Made by a program: the position numbers and the translations under genes | Origin: Solirubrobacterales bacterium | GTDB taxonomy: Bacteria; Actinomycetota; Thermoleophilia; Solirubrobacterales; 70-9 | NCBI GenBank assembly: GCA_036399875.1 | Contig: DASWMG010000292.1 | Coordinates: 1 to 25,758, forward strand | Direction: 5' to 3' | DNA length: 25,758 nucleotides | Part shown: one piece after another, positions 15,442 to 21,695 of the stretch | How positions within the stretch are numbered: the stretch's first letter is position 1 | Layout: each line of letters begins with the position of its first letter | The notes under the pieces: generated by a model | Seen by the model: only the letters and a program-made list of their open reading frames with translations | Told to the model about the DNA's origin: nothing | The model's database searches: none

Positions 15442-16781
15442 GTCGGCGATTCTTTCAGGCGCTTCGGTAGGTCGGGCGCGGGCTCGAAGATGTACTCGCG
15501 ACCGACCTTGCGGCGGGTCAAAAGACCATGCCCGGTCAGTCGCGTGAGATCGGACCGGGCCGTCTCATGCGTCACTCGGTGGATGTCGGCGTGACCGCTC
15601 AGCGTGTAGGAGCGATCAGGATGCCTCAGAGCGTCTGAAAGGAGACCGAGTTGGCGGTTGTTGAAGCCGTCCGAGCCGCGTATCAGCTCCTCCACCTCCC
15701 TGATCTCGGCCGTCTTCTTGGCGAGGTATCGATGCAGATCCTCGATTGCTTGCTCGATCGCCTTCAGTTGATGGATCAGGAAGTAAGTCGTGTCTCCCGC
15801 GTCGGTCTCCGTTTCGAGAAAGGCGCGGGCGTATTTCGCCGGCGCGTCACGAAGGATCTTCGAGATCGGTAGGTACTCGACGAGCCAGTAGCCGCTGTTG
15901 CGCATTGACCAGAAGAAGAGGATGCGCGCGGTCCGGCCATTGCCGTCCTCGAACGGGTGGTCATAGGCCAGCCAGAAGTGGAGGAGGATCGCGCGAATCA
16001 CCGGGTGAATGAATCGCTCTGCGTCTTCCCCTTCGTTCGCGAAGTCGCAAAGGAGCCGCAGCCGCTCGGGTAATTGCTCGGCGGGCGGCGGGCGGTGGAT
16101 CGGCCGACCGTCGTCGCGGTCGAATACCGCCACCCTTTCTTCCCTGGGAAGTTGAAGACGTCCGGCGGCCTCGGGGTCGTCGAGCGTCCCCGCGGTCACG
16201 ATCCGGTGCAGCTCCAGGATCGACTCAGGGCTCAGGCGCGTCCCGATGTCCTCCCGCATGAACTGCAGGGCGCGGAAGTTGTTGACGATCATTCGCTCGC
16301 TCCGGTCCTTCGGCGCTCGGCCGCTGCGCAGCAGCTCCTTGGCGACCTGCCGCGACGTGGTGGCGCCCTCGAGTTGGCTTGAACGGATCGCCTCCTCCAT
16401 CAGGGAATTGACGAGGTAGCGCTGCCTCGCGCCGCGCTCGGAGGTGATCACGTCCTCCATCGCCACCTCACCGCTGCAATGCCTATCGACCGAGCGAAGG
16501 CTCTTCAGCACCAGGTCGGGTAGGCCATACCTGAAGGGCTTGCCCTCCGGGTCGCTGAGCGGAAGCTCCCGGAGGCCGCTGTTCCGCTCGAATTTGATCT
16601 TCCACCACCACTCCTGGCGGCTCAGGGTGGGGGGAGGATCCAGCCGCCGCACCTTGTCCCAGTGCAGGTATTGGGTCCGAGTCCTCCGGTCGATCGGCGC
16701 ACTTATGGCAACCATCTTCCGCTCGACCTCGAGATCGGTCTCGAAGATGTCGCCCTGGAAGGGCGGCGGCTCTACATACAC
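15438..16781 (-). CDS. Class II Fic (AMPylation) protein with C-terminal winged HTH
   Basis: Intact Fic motif HPFEDGNGRTAR, N-terminal inhibitory motif SSQLEG (S/T-x-x-x-E-G), and a C-terminal HTH/wing (RVTHETARSDLTRL...RRKVGREYIF). Lower GC than flanks: hand counts 53-58% in 15601-15660 and 15721-15780 versus 75% in 14881-14940. Confidence 0.93.
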   Translation of the reverse strand: MYVEPPPFQGDIFETDLEVERKMVAISAPIDRRTRTQYLHWDKVRRLDPPPTLSRQEWWWKIKFERNSGLRELPLSDPEGKPFRYGLPDLVLKSLRSVDRHCSGEVAMEDVITSERGARQRYLVNSLMEEAIRSSQLEGATTSRQVAKELLRSGRAPKDRSERMIVNNFRALQFMREDIGTRLSPESILELHRIVTAGTLDDPEAAGRLQLPREERVAVFDRDDGRPIHRPPPAEQLPERLRLLCDFANEGEDAERFIHPVIRAILLHFWLAYDHPFEDGNGRTARILFFWSMRNSGYWLVEYLPISKILRDAPAKYARAFLETETDAGDTTYFLIHQLKAIEQAIEDLHRYLAKKTAEIREVEELIRGSDGFNNRQLGLLSDALRHPDRSYTLSGHADIHRVTHETARSDLTRLTGHGLLTRRKVGREYIFEPAPDLPKRLKESPT

Positions 16782-16786
16782 GGGCT

Positions 16787-16855
16787 TTGTCCAAATTCAT
16801 CCAAATTCATCCAAGAACTTGGAAGTCTATCCAAGTCCAGAGATAATTTGGACAA
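16787..16855. repeat. AT-rich direct/inverted repeat array upstream of fic (operator-like)
   Basis: 11-bp perfect inverted repeat TTGTCCAAATT/AATTTGGACAA, tandem TCCAAATTCA x2, internal palindrome TCCAAG-aa-CTTGGA. 25/69 GC (36%). Confidence 0.85.
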
Positions 16856-17665
16856 CTAGCGTCGCAGTTTGCGAAAAACGATCGTGGCCAGCACCGTCCT
16901 GTACGCCGCGTACGGCCACAGCGCCCGGTCGCGCTCGACCAGGCGGATCAGCCGTTGCGAGGCGAGGGTCGAGGCGAAGGAGGTGCCGGCGCCGAGCGCC
17001 ATCGAGCGCCGCAGCTCCGGCGAGGCGCCGCGCTGGTGCAGCCGCACGCCCTTGAGCGCGGTTGCGCCGACGATCACCGGCAGGGCAATCGTGCGCGAGA
17101 GCCGATTCGCCTGCTCGCGGGAGAAGCGTCGCCAGCGGGCCGCGGCGAGCGTGATGCCATTGCGCGAGACGCCCGGCGCGAGGGCGGCCGCCTGGGCGAC
17201 GCCGAGCGCCAGCCCGTCGGCGGGCGTCGCCTCGTGGTCACCTCGCTCCTGGGGCCGCGTGTCGCCGGCCAGCATCGCCGCGGACCCGGCCAGCAGACCG
17301 ACGGCGGTCGCCCTCGGCCCTCCGAGCCGGCGCTCGATCCAGCGCTCGAAGAGGTAGCCGACCGCCGCCGCGGGCAGGAAGGAGAGCGCCAGCAGCAGCG
17401 CCCGGTGGCGGTCGAACGAACGCAGCTCGCTGACGATCTCGTGCCGCTGCCCGATCAGCAGCGCCGCCGCGGTGCCGGCGTGCAGCGCCACCTCGAAGCT
17501 CTTGCGCACCTCCGGGTCGAGCTCCTGCCAGCGCCAGCCCGCCAGCCAGGGGAGCAGGACGATGTGGGCGGAGCTGGAGACGGGCAGCAGCTCTGCCGGG
17601 CCCTGGACGGCGCCGAGGGCGACGGCGCGGCGGCTGGCGATGCGGCCGTCGGCGGGCGCGCTCAA
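16856..17665 (-). CDS. uppP: Undecaprenyl-diphosphate phosphatase (UppP/BacA), 269 aa
   Basis: C-terminal part of the 1115-aa track ORF. TTG 17665 overlaps the dedA stop (TTGA). Motifs VQGPAELLPVSSSAH, FEVALHAGT and PGVSRNG. Confidence 0.92.
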   Translation of the reverse strand: MSAPADGRIASRRAVALGAVQGPAELLPVSSSAHIVLLPWLAGWRWQELDPEVRKSFEVALHAGTAAALLIGQRHEIVSELRSFDRHRALLLALSFLPAAAVGYLFERWIERRLGGPRATAVGLLAGSAAMLAGDTRPQERGDHEATPADGLALGVAQAAALAPGVSRNGITLAAARWRRFSREQANRLSRTIALPVIVGATALKGVRLHQRGASPELRRSMALGAGTSFASTLASQRLIRLVERDRALWPYAAYRTVLATIVFRKLRR

Positions 17666-18354
17666 GCGTCGGCGGCCGGGGAGACCGGATCGGCCGGACG
17701 GTCCTCGCCGACCGGCTCGGCCCCCGGCCCGTTGCCGCGCCGCCGCCTGATCAGCAGGTAGGCGCCGCCGATCAGGATCGCCGCGACGACCGCGTAGTCG
17801 AGGTAGTGCAGGTGGTCGCGCCACTCCTCCCAGTTCTTGCCGACCGACTCGCCGATCAGGCCCAGCATCAGCACCCAGGGGATGCAGCCGAGCAGGGTGA
17901 GCAGGGTGAAGCGCCAGAACGGCATCTTCGCCACCCCGGCGGGCAGCGAGATGAAGGTGCGGATGATCGGCAGCATGCGGGTGAAGAAGACGGTCGCGTC
18001 GCCGTAGCGCTCGAACCAGTCGTCGGCCCACTTGAGGTACCTGGGCGGCAGGTGGATCAGCCGGTTCTTCTCGAGCAGGTCGAGGCGCGCGTAATAGCCG
18101 ACCGCGTAGGCAGCCCAGGACCCGACCAGGTTGCCGAGCACGCCGGCGGTGACGATCCCGAACATCGTCAGGTCGCCGGCGGCGACGCTGGAGCCGGCGA
18201 AGAGCATGATCGCCTCGCTCGGGACCGGCAGGCAGGCGGACTCGAGCGCCATCAGGATGAACACCGCCGGCAGGCCGGTGCTGCTGATGAAGTCCGTCCC
18301 CGCGTTGACGATCGGGTCGAGGAAGAAGTCGGTGACGCTGGCGAGCAGGAGCAT
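17662..18354 (-). CDS. dedA: DedA-family membrane protein
   Basis: ALESACLPVPSE, GNLVGS...Y..G and FFTRMLPIIRTFISLPAG. Start at ATG 18354 (alternative 18369). Confidence 0.93.
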   Translation of the reverse strand: MLLLASVTDFFLDPIVNAGTDFISSTGLPAVFILMALESACLPVPSEAIMLFAGSSVAAGDLTMFGIVTAGVLGNLVGSWAAYAVGYYARLDLLEKNRLIHLPPRYLKWADDWFERYGDATVFFTRMLPIIRTFISLPAGVAKMPFWRFTLLTLLGCIPWVLMLGLIGESVGKNWEEWRDHLHYLDYAVVAAILIGGAYLLIRRRRGNGPGAEPVGEDRPADPVSPAADA

Positions 18355-18367
18355 GCGCGAGCGGGGC

Positions 18368-18400
18368 ATTGTAGGGATCGGCCCTGGCACGAACTAAACT
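18368..18400. promoter_or_regulatory. Back-to-back -10 boxes: TACAAT (minus, 18368-18373) for dedA and TAAACT (plus, 18395-18400) for the capD-like gene
   Basis: The hexamers lie 13 and 12 nt before the respective ATGs in a 58-bp divergent gap. Confidence 0.45.
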
Positions 18401-18412
18401 CGGGCGGTCTAC

Positions 18413-20293
18413 ATGCACCGCTTGAACCACCCCGTCTACCGCAACCGGGTCTTGCAGACGATGGCCGACGCGGCGCTCGTCGCGCTCGCCTTCTACCTCG
18501 CCTTCCGCCTGCGCTTCCTCGACGCGGCGCAGGGCATGCCGCCGCGCTACGAGGAGATGTTCGTGCAGGCGGTCGGCTTCGTCGCCGTCGGCAAGGTCGC
18601 CGTCTTCGCCGCCTTCGGGCTCTACCAGAAGTGGTGGCGCTACGTCAGCGGTCGCGACTTCCTCACGATCGTCCGCGCCGTCGCCGTCGCCAGCGCCCTG
18701 CTCGTCGTCCTCTTCACCGTCCTGCAGCCCTTCGGTCCGGACCTGCCGCGCTCGGTGGCGATCATGGACTTCGTCCTCACCGCGCTCCTGATCGCCGGCG
18801 CCCGCCTCGCCGTGCGGCTGATCGTCGAGCGCCCCGCCCACGGCCACCGGCTCCCCAAGCACGAGGTGCTCGTGGTCGGCGCCGGCTCCGGCGGCCAGAT
18901 GGTCGTCCGCGAGCTGCAGCTCAACCCCAACCTCGGCGCCACCGCGATCGGTTTCCTCGACGACGACGCTCGCAAGCGGGGCATGCGGATGCTGGGGCTG
19001 AAGGTGTTGGGCTGCACCGACGAGATCGAGAGGATCCTCGACGAGACCGAACCCGACGAGGTCGTGATCGCGATCCCCTCGGCGCCGGGGACGCTGCGCG
19101 CCAAGGTCGTTGCCGCCTGCCGCGAGCGCCAGATCCGCGTCCGCACCCTGCCGACCGTCTTCGAGCTGCTGCGCGGCGGCGTCCAGCTCAACAAGCAGCT
19201 GCGCGAGGTCCAGGTCGAGGACGTCCTCGGCCGTGACCCGATCGTGGTCGAGCTCGATCGCGTCGGCGCCTACCTGCGCGACCGCATCGTCCTCGTCACC
19301 GGCGCCGGCGGCTCGATCGGCTCCGAGCTCTGCCGCCAGATCGCCCGCGTCGGCCCGCGCCTGCTGGTGATGCTCGACCACGCCGAGGACAACCTCTTCG
19401 AGATCGAGCGCGAGATGGTCGAGGAGCGCCACTTCTCGAGCGTCGAGGCGGTGCTCGCCGACTGCAAGGAGCCGCACCGGATGCTGGAGACGATGCAGCG
19501 CTTCAAGCCGAGCGTCGTCTTCCACGCCGCCGCCTACAAGCACGTGCCGCTGATGGAGGCCAACCCGCTGGAGGCGGTCCGCAACAACGCGATCGCGACC
19601 CGGGTCGTCACCGACACCGCCGCCGCCTCGGAGGTCGAGCGCTTCGTCCTCGTCTCCACCGACAAGGCGGTCAACCCGAAGACGGTGATGGGGGCCTCGA
19701 AGGCGATGGCGGAGTGGATCGTCGAGGCCGCCGCCCACAAGCACCCCGGCACTCGCTTCGCCAGCGTCCGCTTCGGCAACGTGCTCGCCTCCTCGGGCAG
19801 CGTCGTGCCGATCTTCCGCAGCCAGATCGAGCGCGGCGGGCCGGTCACCGTCACCCACCCCGACATGTGCCGCTACTTCATGACGATCCCGGAGGCCGTG
19901 CAGCTGGTGATCCGCGCCGGCGACATCGGCGCCGGCAAGGGCGAGGTCTTCGTCCTCGACATGGGGGAGCCGGTGAAGATCGTCGACCTGGCGACCAACA
20001 TGATCCGGCTGGCGGGGTACGAGCCCGGCACCGAGATCGCGATCGAGTTCACCCAGCCGCGCCCCGGCGAGAAGCTGCACGAGGAGCTGGTCGGGACCGC
20101 GGAGAGGCTGCAGCCGACGGCGGCGAAGAGGATCCACCGCGCCGTTCGCGCCACCCCGCTCGACCCGGATTGGGTCGAGTCGACGCTGAACTCGCTCGAG
20201 CACCTGGTGCTCGCCGGCGACGAGGCAAATCTGGCCGAGCGGGTCGTCGCGATGATCGCCTCACCGGGCGGCGACGCGGCGGCGGTCGGGTAA
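18413..20293 (+). CDS. Membrane-bound nucleoside-diphosphate sugar 4,6-dehydratase (CapD/PglF/WbpM family)
   Basis: N-terminal TMs, VVGAG domain, VTGAGGSIGSEL, FHAAAYKHVP, STDKA, MGASK (Met-type triad), VRFGNVLASSGSV, RYFMTIPEA and RPGEKLHEEL. Confidence 0.95.
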   Translation: MHRLNHPVYRNRVLQTMADAALVALAFYLAFRLRFLDAAQGMPPRYEEMFVQAVGFVAVGKVAVFAAFGLYQKWWRYVSGRDFLTIVRAVAVASALLVVLFTVLQPFGPDLPRSVAIMDFVLTALLIAGARLAVRLIVERPAHGHRLPKHEVLVVGAGSGGQMVVRELQLNPNLGATAIGFLDDDARKRGMRMLGLKVLGCTDEIERILDETEPDEVVIAIPSAPGTLRAKVVAACRERQIRVRTLPTVFELLRGGVQLNKQLREVQVEDVLGRDPIVVELDRVGAYLRDRIVLVTGAGGSIGSELCRQIARVGPRLLVMLDHAEDNLFEIEREMVEERHFSSVEAVLADCKEPHRMLETMQRFKPSVVFHAAAYKHVPLMEANPLEAVRNNAIATRVVTDTAAASEVERFVLVSTDKAVNPKTVMGASKAMAEWIVEAAAHKHPGTRFASVRFGNVLASSGSVVPIFRSQIERGGPVTVTHPDMCRYFMTIPEAVQLVIRAGDIGAGKGEVFVLDMGEPVKIVDLATNMIRLAGYEPGTEIAIEFTQPRPGEKLHEELVGTAERLQPTAAKRIHRAVRATPLDPDWVESTLNSLEHLVLAGDEANLAERVVAMIASPGGDAAAVG

Positions 20294-20352
20294 GAGCCGC
20301 GCGCGCGTACTCTCGGATCTCCTCTAACGGATAGCCTCCGCGCCGCCGTCTC

Positions 20353-21141
20353 TTGGAGCTGATCAAGGAAATCGGGGCCTTCGCGGGCTTGGTCGCGTTC
20401 CTCGGCCTGGCCGTCCTCGCCCTGCTCTCTTTTTCGCAGGGACGCGACATCCGGCGCCTGCGCGAATGGGCCGGCTCGGCCCCCGAGCGCGACGCCGAGC
20501 GCAAGGAGACGACCTCCGAGGCCGCGTCGGAGCGGGCGGAGGAGATGCGCAGGGCCGAGGAGGCACGCGAGGCCGAGCGCAGGGCCGAGGAGTTGCGCGA
20601 GGAGCGCCGGCGCCGGCGCGAGGCGGGCCTGCCGGAACTGACCCGCGGTGAGCGCCTGCGCGAGCGCTTCGCGGGAGCGGGCGGCGACGTCGGCGGCAGG
20701 CTCGGCGAACCGCGTTACCTGGTCGCGCTCTTCGTCGTCTTCGTGCTGGTGGCTGGCGGCGCGGCCTACGCCGCGCTCGAGGGCTTCGGCGGCGAGGAGG
20801 GCGGCAACGGAGGCGGCAAGAACGGCAAGGCCGCGACGCTGAAGCCGGGCGACATCGAAGTGACCGTCCTCAACGGGACCGCCGTGCCCGGCCTGGCGGC
20901 AACCTTCGGCGACATGCTCGAGCAGAGGGGCTTCCAGCTCGGCGACGTCACCAACAGCGAATCGAGCTTCGCCGAGAGCGTCGTCATGTTCGAGCCGAAC
21001 AACGGCCGCGCCGCGCACCTGGTCGCCCGGGCGCTCCAGGTCCAGCGCGTGCGGCAGATGACCTCCGACATCGTCGCGGTCTCCGGCGGCGCCCCCGTCT
21101 CGGTCGTCGTCGGCGAGGACAACGCCTCCACGGCGGGCTGA
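20353..21141 (+). CDS. Two-TM protein with a stand-alone LytR C-terminal (LytR_C) domain
   Basis: TTG start, TM1, an E/R-rich helical region, TM2, then VTVLNGTAVPGLAA...GF..G..TN...VVVGED. Confidence 0.85.
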   Translation: MELIKEIGAFAGLVAFLGLAVLALLSFSQGRDIRRLREWAGSAPERDAERKETTSEAASERAEEMRRAEEAREAERRAEELREERRRRREAGLPELTRGERLRERFAGAGGDVGGRLGEPRYLVALFVVFVLVAGGAAYAALEGFGGEEGGNGGGKNGKAATLKPGDIEVTVLNGTAVPGLAATFGDMLEQRGFQLGDVTNSESSFAESVVMFEPNNGRAAHLVARALQVQRVRQMTSDIVAVSGGAPVSVVVGEDNASTAG

Positions 21142-21150
21142 GGCGAGCGC

Positions 21151-21633
21151 ATGAGGCGCGCTCCCAGCGCGGCCACGGTCGTTTTCGCCCTGCTCGTCGT
21201 GGCGACGCTCGCGGCCTTCGCCTGGTCGCAGCGGCTCAAGCGCGACCCGCTCGTCCTCGACCGGGTCAGCTTCCTGGCGGTGCCGCAGGGCAAGGACCAG
21301 CGACCGCGCGTGCGCGCCTTCACCCCCAACGGCGACTGCCGCTTCGACCGGGTCCGGATTCGCTTCCGCGTCACCCAGTCCGACCGCGCCCACGTCCAGG
21401 TCGTCAAGCCGGGCGGCAAGCTCGTCGTCACCCTGGCCCGCGACCGCTACCTGAAGCGCTACACCTTCTCCGACTTCTACTGGGACGGCCGCTCGCGCGA
21501 GGAAGGCCGTGCGCGTCCGGGCCGCTACAAGCTGCGGGTCAAGATGCTCGGCGAGGATCGCGTCCTGGTGCCGGGCGGCGCGATCCGCCTGCACGAGGGG
21601 CGGCGGCGGCCAACCAAAGGGTGCGGCCGATGA
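21151..21633 (+). CDS. Secreted or anchored small protein with an FlgD-Ig-like fold
   Basis: Hydrophobic N-terminus, beta-rich body, and the WDGR...PGRYKLRV motif. Confidence 0.7.
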   Translation: MRRAPSAATVVFALLVVATLAAFAWSQRLKRDPLVLDRVSFLAVPQGKDQRPRVRAFTPNGDCRFDRVRIRFRVTQSDRAHVQVVKPGGKLVVTLARDRYLKRYTFSDFYWDGRSREEGRARPGRYKLRVKMLGEDRVLVPGGAIRLHEGRRRPTKGCGR

Positions 21634-21695
21634 GCGGGTGTGGCGACTTTTCCGTCGTATCGACGGGTTTCTCGCCACGGGGGACCCTCTTGTGA
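21630..21695 (+). CDS. Possible 21-aa bridging mini-ORF MSGCGDFSVVSTGFSPRGTLL
   Basis: ATG overlaps the upstream stop (ATGA 21630-21633) and TGA overlaps the downstream GTG (GTGA 21692-21695). No direct evidence of translation. Confidence 0.35.
   Translation: MSGCGDFSVVSTGFSPRGTLL
21640..21678. repeat. REP-like hairpin inside an insert flanked by TGAGCG direct repeats
   Basis: GTGGCGA...TCGCCAC outer stem, CCGTCG-tat-CGACGG inner stem, and TGAGCG at 21631-21636 and 21693-21698. Confidence 0.65.

Noticed and set aside
16787-16855. Array as a CRISPR repeat, integron attC site or IS end
   Set aside because: No spacers, no RYYYAAC/GTTRRRY pair, and no transposase or matching inverted repeat at the other end of fic (near 15438).
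16856-20203. 1115-aa minus-strand ORF
   Set aside because: Composite. Only 16856-17665 is real (uppP). The rest is an off-frame reading over dedA and an antisense shadow of the capD-like gene, as expected at high GC.
21509-21691. Longer N-terminus for the O-antigen ligase
   Set aside because: It overlaps the FlgD-like gene and runs through the hairpin insert. GTG 21692 fits better.
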